Of a stretch of DNA of 64,000 nt, positions 55,468-64,000 are shown piece after piece. This DNA is from an uncultured Collinsella sp. (GTDB lineage Bacteria > Actinomycetota > Coriobacteriia > Coriobacteriales > Coriobacteriaceae): the NCBI GenBank assembly GCA_902494565.1, contig CABUTN010000001.1, forward strand, positions 75,637-139,636, read 5' to 3'. Each line of letters opens with the position of its first letter. Within the stretch, counting starts at the first letter, position 1. Below the pieces are notes generated by a model. It saw nothing but the letters and a program-made list of their open reading frames with translations, was not told where the DNA came from and did not search any database. Made by a program: the position numbers and the translations under genes.

Positions 55468-55682
55468 GGTCAAAATATGGCAAATATGAGTACTGCCACC
55501 AATTTAGTAACAGGCAATTTTGGCCTCTCGGACAGATTTTGCGCCCAGTGTCGCCAACCTGATGCTTAGTAATTCTACATTTGTTTATTATCTTCTTACT
55601 TTACGCCGCCTCCGAGTCCTAAATTCCTTGATTTTGCTGTTACTGATTTAGTGACAGTACTCATATTTGCCATATTTTGGCC
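55468..55682. repeat. AT-rich element of about 215 bp bounded by long imperfect inverted repeats (MITE-like, third family)
   Basis: GGTCAAAATATGGCAAATATGAGTACTGCCAC at 55468-55499 versus the reverse complement of 55651-55682 (2 mismatches). The complementarity continues inward with gaps. Confidence 0.7.
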
Positions 55683-55717
55683 AGGGCATATGATTAACCC
55701 TCTATTTTCGACGCGAA

Positions 55718-56827
55718 TTAGACCGGCTTAAGCCCAAAACACGCCCGCAGCGTGTTAAGCAACGCCTCTTGCTTCTTCCTGCGGGCATCGACACGATTCC
55801 GGTACCGCTTTCGCATACGCTGGTGCATGCGCCATGCAAGTGCTTCCATCGCTTCCATGTCACAGAGCATTTCGTTGTTGACCGTCGCGACCTCGATTCC
55901 CATAGTAATCAAGCCCGTGTTGCGCTTTTCATCATGGATACGTCCCCTACGGGATGAATGGCCCAGCTCGCCGTTGTATTCCAGGTCAAACCGGGCTGTT
56001 TCCTGATACGCATCGCAAACTGCGTGCGACATCCCAGAGATTGCCTGCGCGCGGTCATCGAACTCGATCTTGTAGTCGGTCTTAAAAGGACCGCAGGCAA
56101 ATCCGCCATAGGAAAACGGAAGCGAAAACAGAGCGAGCATGATGCACTCCATGGGCGACAGCAGGTTTTCTGACAGGTAGGGACACAGGCGCAGCAGCTG
56201 TTTGGCCGTGCTTCCTTTGCACGCCGCAAGGTAATCTACCAGGCGATCGGGTGTCAGCACGGGCTCGACCTCAAAGTAACCGACATCTGGCGGCTGGTCT
56301 TTGTCCTTTGCCAATTTGTTCACGACAGGCGATGTGTAGGGAGGTAGATACTGCCCGCGGTCACTCAGCGAAATCTTAGAGCACAGCTCCTGGGCTAGGG
56401 CAAATGCCTGGATACAGCCGACCTCGCGGGCGACGGCAACACAAAGGGCCTCGGGAGATAGACTGTATACACCCGGCTCCACTTCTAGAATCGAGCCGGC
56501 AGGCAACCCGGAACACACGGACCAGCCCACGCCAAGCATGCGGCGGCGCTGCGCCGCAGATCCCACCAGCAAGCACAAATCCTCTTGCACCTCGCCGCTT
56601 GCGGCTCCAATACGCACCAAGTCGGGAAGATAGATGTCCTCGGTCGAGGGCGACGACGTGCGCAGCGCGCGGCGCTCTTCATCGGGATCGAGGTCCCTCC
56701 AGCTGATGTAACCCATTTGTCGGCGCTCGGCGCGCATCATGCGTAGCGCCGAGGCACCCGTCAGAATTACGGAAGCCGCTAGCTGTTCGCTTGTCGGCTC
56801 GTTGCGCCGCTCAATCTTTACTGCCAC
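55718..56827 (-). CDS. Hypothetical protein with a C-terminal DUF559/Vsr-like endonuclease-fold signature (uncertain)
   Basis: ..CDAYQETARFDLEYNGE..H....DEKRNTGLITMGIEVATV.. resembles DUF559 proteins. The proposed GTG start at 56827 follows GGGGTGG, just after the comFC stop. Confidence 0.5.
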   Translation of the reverse strand: MAVKIERRNEPTSEQLAASVILTGASALRMMRAERRQMGYISWRDLDPDEERRALRTSSPSTEDIYLPDLVRIGAASGEVQEDLCLLVGSAAQRRRMLGVGWSVCSGLPAGSILEVEPGVYSLSPEALCVAVAREVGCIQAFALAQELCSKISLSDRGQYLPPYTSPVVNKLAKDKDQPPDVGYFEVEPVLTPDRLVDYLAACKGSTAKQLLRLCPYLSENLLSPMECIMLALFSLPFSYGGFACGPFKTDYKIEFDDRAQAISGMSHAVCDAYQETARFDLEYNGELGHSSRRGRIHDEKRNTGLITMGIEVATVNNEMLCDMEAMEALAWRMHQRMRKRYRNRVDARRKKQEALLNTLRACFGLKPV

Positions 56828-56837
56828 AAAACCACCC

Positions 56838-57644
56838 CTACCAAACGCGTGCGATAGCGAGGCCATCAACGGCCGTGGCACCGGCGCGCTTGAGTTCCGC
56901 CGAAGCCGCTGCCATCGTCGCACCCGTGGTGATAACGTCATCGATAAGCAGCAGGTGGCGGCCGTGCACGTCCTCAACCGTCTCGTACATGCCTTGGGCA
57001 CGCTCGCGGCGCTCCTCACGACCGAGTTCGCGCTGGTCGCCATGCCCGTACTTGACGAGAGCATCGAGCAGAGGAACACCCGACAGCTCGCAAAATGGGC
57101 GCGCAATAGCCTCCATATGATCAAAACCACGCCGCCGAAACGCTGCCGCCGTCGCAGGCACAAACACCACCGCATCCGCACCGGACAGCACGCCTCCGTA
57201 GCGATCGGGCGCTACGACCTGGGCATGCAGGGCGGTGTCGTAGAGCAGCTCCGCCAGATACGGAGCCAGACGTCGCTCGCCCGCATCCTTGTACGCTTTA
57301 ATGATGCGCGGCAGCGGATGCGCATAGACGGCGCACGCCAGGCAGCGGTCGAGCGCCTCCGCCATTGCCGAGGACGTGCCCTCGACCGAACACTCAGTGC
57401 ACAGCAAATCCCCAAACGGGGCGCCGCATCGGGTACAGCTATGACGTGGGTCGATGAGCGTGAGCGCGGCCAGGCAGTCTTGGCAAATAAGCGCATCGGC
57501 GCGTTCGCAGCCGGCACATCGTGTTGGCGACAATGCCTCGAGCGCCTCGTACGTCGCGCGCTCGGCAAACGGTAGCAATTCGTCCGCAAACGGTAGGGCA
57601 CCGGCACTCTGCAGACGGCTCAATATGTTCAGATGGCTCTTCAA
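56838..57644 (-). CDS. comFC: ComF-family phosphoribosyltransferase-like protein
   Basis: N-terminal Cys-rich zinc-finger-like region and the PRTase motif LLLIDDVITTGAT. TTG start preceded by GGGAGGG. Confidence 0.75.
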   Translation of the reverse strand: MKSHLNILSRLQSAGALPFADELLPFAERATYEALEALSPTRCAGCERADALICQDCLAALTLIDPRHSCTRCGAPFGDLLCTECSVEGTSSAMAEALDRCLACAVYAHPLPRIIKAYKDAGERRLAPYLAELLYDTALHAQVVAPDRYGGVLSGADAVVFVPATAAAFRRRGFDHMEAIARPFCELSGVPLLDALVKYGHGDQRELGREERRERAQGMYETVEDVHGRHLLLIDDVITTGATMAAASAELKRAGATAVDGLAIARVW

Positions 57645-57746
57645 GACACAACCCTCCCTACGCTCGATCGCAGGGAGGGTTGTTGATTCGGCGCTATGAT
57701 ACCCCGATGCGCTCGGGGCAAGGCGGGTTAAATCCGCTCGCGGGCG

Positions 57747-59438
57747 TTATTCGCCGGCGGGCGGTTGTGGTGCGGACGAAGACGGGGTCGAGCCCTCGCC
57801 ACCATCCTGGCGCGGCTTGCGGGAACGACGACGGCGACGGCGCTTTTGACCCTGGTCGGCCGAGCCCTCGCCACCGCGCGGCTCGCGCTCGTCACGAGCG
57901 GCGCCATGCGAAGCCTTGGCAGCCGCTCCCCCGCCATCTCCGGGACGACGGCGCGTGACCTTGACCTCGCCATCCGAGACCTGATCGGCCACGGAGGGCA
58001 CTGAGGGCTTCTGCTGCGCGCCCGAGGAATGGCGACGGCGCGGACGCGGCGCGCGCTCCTCCTCGCCACGTGGCTTGCCGCCCTTGTCGACAGGCGCATC
58101 GGAGGCCGAGGCGCCCTTGGAAGCGGCACCGGCCTCGCGAGCAGCTGCGGCGCGGAAGGCGTCCTCGCGCTCCTCGCTCGACAGATGACGGCGGCGGCGA
58201 CGTGTGGGGTTCATGCCGCCGCCGCGATTCTGCTGCTGGGGCTGCTGAACCTCGCGCTCGCGAGAGGCGTTCTTGCCCGCGGCTGCAACCTCGGTAGCAT
58301 CGCCCGAGCCCGCGCGCTTGCGACGGCGACGGCCATCGGCCGCCCCCTCGGCCTCGGGTGTCTCGGCCTTACCGCGGCCCTTTCCGCGGCCACGGCCCTC
58401 GCCCTGACCCTGACCGGCGCGAGCATCGGATTCAGCATCGCGACGACGGCGCTTGGGCATCGACGTGCCGGCCAGACGGTCGGCACTCGACAGGCCATCG
58501 CCCACATCGACGCCGTTCTCGCGGTCGAGCTCCATGAGCGCCAGGCGCATCTCGGGCGACTCGATGCGCTCGAGCACGTCGCGCGTCACGCAGTCGGGGC
58601 GGCAGCTGCAGCCCTGCTCGGCGGCCTTCTTTTTGCAGCCCTCCGAGCACGTCATATCGGCCAGGTTGACCTTAAAGACTTTACCGTTCTCCAGGCGCAG
58701 CACCAGCTGCTCACGCGGCGTGTCATACTCCTGAATACGCGCCTTGCCAAGCGGCGTATCGATGAGCGTCTTCTTTTTGGGCGCACGGCTCTTAAAGTCC
58801 TTGTACGCCTCGAACTCATAGCGCAGGCAGCACATCAGGCGGCCGCATACGCCGCTGATCTTGGACGAGTTGAGCGGTAGGTCCTGCTCTTTTGCCATGC
58901 GAATCGAGACGGGCTCAAACTGTCCGCCAAAGCGCGTGCAGCAGAGCTCCTGTCCGCATTGGGCATAGCCGCCCACCAGGCGGGTCTCGTCGCGCACGCC
59001 GATCTGGCGCATGTCGACGCGAATGTGCAGCGTCGAGGACAGATCCTTGACGAGCTGGCGAAAATCGACGCGCTCCTCGGCCGCAAAGTAGAACACGGCC
59101 TTCTCGCCGCCAAACAGGTACTCGACGCCCACCGGCTTCATCTCGAGGTCGAGCTCCTTGACCAGGCGGCGGAAGTCGACCATGGCCTCGTCGCCCTGGA
59201 TGGCCAGGTCGTCGGCAAGCTGGAGGTCGATGTCGCTCGCCACGCGCAGCACGGGCTTGAGCGGCTGACCGATCTCGTCTTGCGGCACCTCAAAGGGATC
59301 GGCCGTGACCAGGCCAATCTCGGTTCCGCGCTCGGTGGAGCAAATGGCATAATCGGCCTCGAGGATATCCAGATCCTGCGGATCGAACCACAGGTCGCGC
59401 GAGGCGTAGGTAAACTTAACGGGTACGACTAACGGCAT
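57747..59438 (-). CDS. ricT: PSP1-domain protein RicT/YaaT with a long Arg/Gly/Glu/Ala-rich C-terminal extension
   Basis: ..YAQCGQELCCTRF..SGVCGRLMCCLRYE.. is the PSP1 core. It lies directly downstream of holB, as in Bacillus. Confidence 0.8.
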   Translation of the reverse strand: MPLVVPVKFTYASRDLWFDPQDLDILEADYAICSTERGTEIGLVTADPFEVPQDEIGQPLKPVLRVASDIDLQLADDLAIQGDEAMVDFRRLVKELDLEMKPVGVEYLFGGEKAVFYFAAEERVDFRQLVKDLSSTLHIRVDMRQIGVRDETRLVGGYAQCGQELCCTRFGGQFEPVSIRMAKEQDLPLNSSKISGVCGRLMCCLRYEFEAYKDFKSRAPKKKTLIDTPLGKARIQEYDTPREQLVLRLENGKVFKVNLADMTCSEGCKKKAAEQGCSCRPDCVTRDVLERIESPEMRLALMELDRENGVDVGDGLSSADRLAGTSMPKRRRRDAESDARAGQGQGEGRGRGKGRGKAETPEAEGAADGRRRRKRAGSGDATEVAAAGKNASREREVQQPQQQNRGGGMNPTRRRRRHLSSEEREDAFRAAAAREAGAASKGASASDAPVDKGGKPRGEEERAPRPRRRHSSGAQQKPSVPSVADQVSDGEVKVTRRRPGDGGGAAAKASHGAARDEREPRGGEGSADQGQKRRRRRRSRKPRQDGGEGSTPSSSAPQPPAGE

Positions 59439-60556
59439 TTCAGTGCCTTCCTGATATCGAACAGCATGACCTCGATGGCCAGCTGAGGAGTAACGTTTCT
59501 GGCGATGTTGCGCTCGGCGGTTGCGACCGCCTCGAGCGCCCGCGTGGCACCCGCAACATTCGTCGCGGCGGCAAGCCGCCCGATCGTGTCGCGCACGTCC
59601 TCGTTCACAACGTCTGCCGCCTCGTCCTGAAGCGTCAGCAGCACGTCGCGCATGAGCGTCCGCGCGCTCGCCAGCGCTTCCATAATACCCGAACGCTCGC
59701 GCGCGTTGAGTTCGCGCTTGTTGCGGTCCTCAAGCTGCTTCAATGCTCCACGCGACAGGTAGTCGGCGTTTTGCTCGAGCACCTTTTCCTGCGTGGACTT
59801 GACCTCGGCGAGCGGCGCCTTAACGGCGACGATGAGTGACTTGGCACGGCTGAGCACGTCGGCCTCGTCGGCGGCGATGAGCGAATCGATGGCGCGAACC
59901 ATCTGACGGCGGGCGTCCTGGCGCTCGGCGCTCTTGAGGAACTCGATGCCACGCGTGGGGCTTCCCGCCACGGCGACGGCCATGCGGCAACGCGCGGGGT
60001 CCTGACCGGTGGCGCGGCTCACGGCCTGCGCGGCGACGGCGGGCGATACCAGCCGAAACGGCACGCACTGGCAGCGGCTCACGATGGTGGGCAACATCAC
60101 GTCTGCCGAGGTGCCCAACAAGATAAACATAACGCCCTCGGGCGGCTCCTCGAGTGTCTTGAGCAGCGCGTTGGCGGTGTTGGCGCGCAGCTGCTCGGCA
60201 CGGTCGATGATGTAGACCTTGGCCTTGGCGCGGATGGGTGCCAGCGGCACGTCGTCGAGCAGCTCGCGGGTCTGGGCAATGAGGTAGCCCGTGGCGCTCT
60301 CGGGTGTGTAATAGTGCACGTCGGGGTGCGTATGGCGAGCAACGCGCACACAACTGTCGCATGAGCCGCAGCCATCCTGCTCGCACAGGAAGGCTTGGGC
60401 GAGCGCCCACGCGGCGTCGAGCTTGCCCGCGCCGGGCGCGCCCAAAAACAGGTAGGCGTGCGATGCGCGACCGCTGGCGACGGCATTGGTCAAAAAGTCG
60501 CGCACGCGCTCTTGGGTGTCGAGCTTGGCCAGCAGACTTGCCTGAGCGGGGGCCAT
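59429..60556 (-). CDS. holB: DNA polymerase III subunit delta'
   Basis: ..HAYLFLGAPGAGK.. and ..CGSCDSCVRV... The ATG at 60556 lies just after the tmk stop. Confidence 0.8.
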   Translation of the reverse strand: MAPAQASLLAKLDTQERVRDFLTNAVASGRASHAYLFLGAPGAGKLDAAWALAQAFLCEQDGCGSCDSCVRVARHTHPDVHYYTPESATGYLIAQTRELLDDVPLAPIRAKAKVYIIDRAEQLRANTANALLKTLEEPPEGVMFILLGTSADVMLPTIVSRCQCVPFRLVSPAVAAQAVSRATGQDPARCRMAVAVAGSPTRGIEFLKSAERQDARRQMVRAIDSLIAADEADVLSRAKSLIVAVKAPLAEVKSTQEKVLEQNADYLSRGALKQLEDRNKRELNARERSGIMEALASARTLMRDVLLTLQDEAADVVNEDVRDTIGRLAAATNVAGATRALEAVATAERNIARNVTPQLAIEVMLFDIRKALKCR

Positions 60557-60557
60557 G

Positions 60558-61241
60558 CTACTCGGCCTCCTGGGCAAGCGCAGCGGTGACGGCGTCCTGG
60601 GAAATGTCGAGGCCGTAGGCGCGAACCCGCTCGACCGTCCGCGCGAAGACGTCCTCGATGGACGCGGTCGCGTCGATGAGCTTTACGCGGTTTGGTTCCT
60701 CGGCGGCGATGGCGCAAAATCCCTGGTAGACGCGCTCTTGGAAGGCCATGCCCTTAGCCTCCATGCGATCTGCCGCGCCACGGGCTGCCATGCGCAGCGC
60801 CGCCTGCTCGGGCGTGATGTGATAGACGAGCGTGAGCGCCGGGTGCGTCCCCGCGACGGCCAGGTTGTTGGCATCGCGCACTATCTGGCGATCGAGGCCG
60901 TCGGCAAACGCCTGGTAGCAAGTCGTGGAATCGTAGAAGCGGTCGCACAGAACCACCTTGCCGGCCGCGAGGGCGGGAGCGATGACCTCGTGCACCAACT
61001 GGGCGCGCGCCGCCTCGTAGAGCAGCAACTCGCAGGTGTCGCCCATCGCCGTATTGGCGGGGTCGAGCAGCAGAGCACGGATCTTTTCGCTGATGGCGGT
61101 GCCGCCCGGCTCGCGCAGGCTCACAACCTGGTAGCCGGCAAGGTCGAGCGCGCGGGCAAGCAGGCGCGCCTGCGTAGATTTACCGGCGCCATCGACACCC
61201 TCGAGCGTAATGAAGCTATGTTGAGCGGGCTCAAAAGCCAT
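60558..61241 (-). CDS. tmk: Thymidylate kinase
   Basis: P-loop FITLEGVDGAGKSTQ and the DRF motif region. Confidence 0.85.
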   Translation of the reverse strand: MAFEPAQHSFITLEGVDGAGKSTQARLLARALDLAGYQVVSLREPGGTAISEKIRALLLDPANTAMGDTCELLLYEAARAQLVHEVIAPALAAGKVVLCDRFYDSTTCYQAFADGLDRQIVRDANNLAVAGTHPALTLVYHITPEQAALRMAARGAADRMEAKGMAFQERVYQGFCAIAAEEPNRVKLIDATASIEDVFARTVERVRAYGLDISQDAVTAALAQEAE

Positions 61242-61346
61242 GGGCGCAGCCCCTTCCTACAAGGCGCGTAAATGCAGATATATCAACCAAGCCATGATAC
61301 CCCAGTGCTCGGTGCGTCCCCAATGACCAAAGGCGCCTTTCCAAAG

Positions 61347-61409
61347 TTGCGGTGAAATAGGGACTGATTGAAGCTCTGAGACCGCCAAACAGTCCCTATT
61401 TCACCGCAA
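61347..61409. promoter_or_regulatory. Perfect 20-bp inverted repeat TTGCGGTGAAATAGGGACTG / CAGTCCCTATTTCACCGCAA in the tmk / zinc-ribbon divergent region
   Basis: 23-nt spacer. A TATAAT hexamer lies at 61438-61443. Confidence 0.5.
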
Positions 61410-61480
61410 CTTATGATGGAGAATTTTGGACGCTGGGTATAATCGTCGTATTGCATTGAAATGTGGCGAAAGGAGTGGCA

Positions 61481-62464
61481 ATGTCTCGGTATTGCGCCTC
61501 GTGCGGCAAGCTTCTTGCAGATAATGCCAAGTTCTGCACCTCGTGCGGTGCACCCGTTGAGCAAACAACCGCGAGCGATAGCCAGCCCGCTTTTGAGCAG
61601 ACCGGCTCCCTTGATACGCCGCAAGCCAAGGCGGACGACCCCCTCGCCTATCGCCCCGACCCCGCCGCAAGCCCTGCGGCCGTCGAGACCACGCAGCGCA
61701 TACCCGTCGCGAGCGGCTCGCCCCAACAGGAGCCGGCTCCCGCATACACGCCCGCTTCGCCACAGACCCCCGCTCCCAAAAAGAGCGGCACCGGGCCGCT
61801 TATCGCCGTTATTGTTGTGCTGGTGGCGATCATCATCGCCCTGGTCGTTTTCTTTGTGATCAAGCCTTTCGACAACGCCGCCACGCAGACGACTGCCGAG
61901 GTAGCTAAGCCGCACCATGACGTCGACGACGATGACCTAAAGCCTCTCGGCGATCCCAACAGCCTGTACGACGATGATGACGATGACGACGAGGATGGCG
62001 GCGAAGCAACGCTCTCCGAGCAGAACCTCTACCGCCGACTGAGCGAATACTACGACTTGCTCGAAGACCTCGACAACTACGTCCGTGGCTGCGCGCAGAA
62101 CTTCAACGGCAGCTATCTGGAAGAGGATCGAACCACCCGTCAAAATCTCGCCGACGTCGCCGAGCGCACGGAGGACACCATCGAGCAGTATTACGACATC
62201 GTCGAGGACCTAGACGTCCCGACGAGCTCCAAGAACTACAGCTCCTGGAAGGACATCATCGCCCTGTACGACGACCTGGATCACCGCATTGACGCAATCT
62301 GTGATGCCTGGGAGATCAGCCTGAAATACGCCAAGCCTGCGGACCACAAGAATGAGATCGTGGCGCCGCTGTCGCGCGACAACGTGGCGGGCACCAATGA
62401 CAATAAGTATCGCCTAGACTTTGAGGAGCGCTATCCCGGCGCCAAACCCGTCGAAGTGAACTAG
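61481..62464 (+). CDS. Zinc-ribbon membrane-anchored protein with a poly-Asp tract
   Basis: MSRYCASCGKLLADNAKFCTSCGAPV; one TM segment (LIAVIVVLVAIIIALVVFFVI); RBS AAAGGAG. Confidence 0.65.
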   Translation: MSRYCASCGKLLADNAKFCTSCGAPVEQTTASDSQPAFEQTGSLDTPQAKADDPLAYRPDPAASPAAVETTQRIPVASGSPQQEPAPAYTPASPQTPAPKKSGTGPLIAVIVVLVAIIIALVVFFVIKPFDNAATQTTAEVAKPHHDVDDDDLKPLGDPNSLYDDDDDDDEDGGEATLSEQNLYRRLSEYYDLLEDLDNYVRGCAQNFNGSYLEEDRTTRQNLADVAERTEDTIEQYYDIVEDLDVPTSSKNYSSWKDIIALYDDLDHRIDAICDAWEISLKYAKPADHKNEIVAPLSRDNVAGTNDNKYRLDFEERYPGAKPVEVN

Positions 62465-62542
62465 CGCTTTGTCGTTCCCGAGCCGGCAGTTAGGGACGTT
62501 CCTAAACTGCCGGCAGAAAAGAAACGTCCCTAACTGCCGGAT

Positions 62543-62584
62543 AAAAAACGAGCGAGGATTTTGAGGTCCTCGCTCGTTTTTGTT
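62543..62584. terminator. Bidirectional intrinsic terminator between the zinc-ribbon gene and topA
   Basis: AAAAAACGAGCGAGGA..TCCTCGCTCGTTTTTGTTTT. Confidence 0.8.
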
Positions 62585-62608
62585 TTAGTCAATGTTCCGA
62601 CTGCGCCG

Positions 62609-64000
62609 TTACTTGTCGGCGGCTGCTTTCTTGGCAGTCGACTTCTTCGCGGTCGCCTTCTTGGAGGCAGTGGCTTTCTTAGCCGTCGTCTTCTTGGCCG
62701 CCGTCGTCTTCTTTGCCGTGCTCGCCTTGGTTGTGGTCTTGCGGCCGCGGGCGGGCTTCTTCTCCTTGGTCGGGCAGTCCATGTTGACGCAGATACGCCA
62801 CGGGCCGCGCGCCGTGTTGACCACCACGATGGGGGCACCGCACTCGGGGCAGGTCTCGCCCGTCGCCTCGAGCTTGCCACGCGCCGGCAGCGGATAGCTC
62901 ACGCCGCAGTCATCGTAGTTGGTGCAGCGGATAAAGCGCTTGCCGCTCTTTTCGCTCTTGTGCGCGATCAGGTCGCCATGGCGTCCTGCCTCGGCGCACA
63001 CCTTGCACTCGCCCACCTTAAGGTCGGGCTCGTAGTTGGTGGGGCACGTGGGGTTCACGCAGATCTCGAAAGCCTTCTGGCGGAACGGCTGGCACTTAAT
63101 GCGCGGTGCACCGCACTCGGGACACACGGCCGCCTCACCCTCGAGCGGGCTTACCTTGACGCCGCTCGGCACCGGATAGGTCACGTCGCAGTCGGGCCAG
63201 CCCATGCAGCCGATAAAGCTGCCACGGGTCTTGGCACTCGTCTTCATAACCAGGTCCTTGCCGCACTTGGGGCAGGCGCCCACGCGCGCATCGGCCGTAA
63301 CGGCGTCGCTGATAGCGTCGCCCAGTTCCTGCGTATGCTTGAGCAGCTCGTCGAGCACACCGGCCAGCAGCGCGCGCGAGTGCGTCACGACATGCTCTTC
63401 GGTGTCCTCGCCGCGCTCCACGCGGGTCATGTCGCCGTCGAGCTCGCTGGTCATATCGGGGCTCGTGATGCGCGGGGCAAACTGCGACAGCGCATCGATG
63501 ATGGCGATACCCAGCTGGCTCGGCTCCACGGGATCGTTTTTGAGGTAGCGCACGGCGTACAGGCGCTCGATGATGCTCGCGCGCGTGGACTTGGTACCCA
63601 GGCCGCGCTTCTCCATCTCCTGCACGAGCTTGCCCTGGCTGTAGCGCGCGGGCGGCTCGGTCTGCTTGGCCTCGAGCTTAATGTCGAACACGTCGACCGT
63701 ATCGCCCTGCTCCAGCGGCGGCATCTGCTCGTCGCGTTTAAGGCCGTACGGGTATGCCTCGCGGAAACCCGGGGTAACGAGCACGTCGCCCGAGGCCACG
63801 AACGGCTCGCCGTTGACGTCGAGCTCGAGCTTGGTGTTCTCGATGGTCGCGGGACCCATGAGCGTTGCCAGGAAGCGACGGGCGATGAGGTCGTAGAGCT
63901 TGCGCTGACCGCCGTCGAGCATGGACGGATCGCCCTCACCCGTGGGATAGATAGGCGGGTGGTCAGTGGTCTCGACCTTGCCGCGCGTGGGCTTCATGGG
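62609..64000 (-). CDS. topA: DNA topoisomerase I, C-terminal part (5' end lies outside the window)
   Basis: ..TDHPPIYPT.. core, several CxxC..CxxC zinc ribbons, and a Lys/Ala/Thr-rich tail. Confidence 0.85.
   Translation of the reverse strand, partial: PMKPTRGKVETTDHPPIYPTGEGDPSMLDGGQRKLYDLIARRFLATLMGPATIENTKLELDVNGEPFVASGDVLVTPGFREAYPYGLKRDEQMPPLEQGDTVDVFDIKLEAKQTEPPARYSQGKLVQEMEKRGLGTKSTRASIIERLYAVRYLKNDPVEPSQLGIAIIDALSQFAPRITSPDMTSELDGDMTRVERGEDTEEHVVTHSRALLAGVLDELLKHTQELGDAISDAVTADARVGACPKCGKDLVMKTSAKTRGSFIGCMGWPDCDVTYPVPSGVKVSPLEGEAAVCPECGAPRIKCQPFRQKAFEICVNPTCPTNYEPDLKVGECKVCAEAGRHGDLIAHKSEKSGKRFIRCTNYDDCGVSYPLPARGKLEATGETCPECGAPIVVVNTARGPWRICVNMDCPTKEKKPARGRKTTTKASTAKKTTAAKKTTAKKATASKKATAKKSTAKKAAADK

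Noticed and set aside
56828-57181. Upstream part of the 487-aa ORF (55718-57181), which overlaps comFC.
   Set aside because: It overlaps the 3' part of the well-supported comFC gene in another frame. A GTG with a GGGGTGG RBS immediately after the comFC stop gives a non-overlapping gene.
61900-62000. GAC/GAT-rich tandem-looking nucleotide repeat.
   Set aside because: It is in frame and encodes the poly-Asp tract of the zinc-ribbon protein. It is coding low complexity, not a non-coding satellite.

Overview
This looks like a high-G+C Gram-positive chromosome segment. The gene content and AGGAG-type ribosome-binding sites (RBS) suggest an Actinobacteria/Coriobacteriia (Collinsella-like) organism, but the taxon is inference only.

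Positions 1-47 kb form a carbohydrate-utilisation super-locus:
- Tagatose-6-phosphate genes (lacA, lacB, a lacX-like gene and lacC), with a second lacC/lacX pair at 30.6-32.5 kb.
- One lactose/cellobiose-family PTS IIA.
- Three tandem LacI-regulator + PTS EIICB + GH1 phospho-beta-glycosidase cassettes.
- An AT-richer insert at 21.1-27.1 kb carrying a Fic protein, a truncated DeoR copy, a fourth EIICB, an uncharacterised protein and a GntR regulator.
- A DeoR regulator and galM, an orphan mannose-family IIB-like protein, and tRNA-Thr(CGU).
- A GalNAc / galacto-N-biose type cluster (GH35 beta-galactosidase, PTS-Man IIB/IIC/IID/IIA, agaS, nagA, GntR).
- A yhcH-nagA-nagR-like-GlcNAc/glucose PTS EIICB cluster.

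Positions 47-64 kb are housekeeping genes: an isocitrate-dehydrogenase family enzyme, DegV, HPF, an amino-acid binding protein, ComFC, RicT/YaaT, HolB, Tmk and TopA (partial).

I saw no CRISPR array, rRNA, transposase or integrase.

The most notable non-genic structure:
- A roughly 150-bp composite palindromic (MITE/BIME-like) element present four times, each at a cassette boundary.
- A direct-repeat motif ACCGTTYACC, duplicated at 20-21 bp phasing, in seven sugar-operon promoter regions.
- Several other long inverted repeats.
- Clear traces of segmental duplication and deletion: a DeoR fragment, nagA/yhcH remnants next to the tRNA, and a frameshifted flavodoxin gene.

All homology calls come from reading the translations by eye. 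No database search was run.
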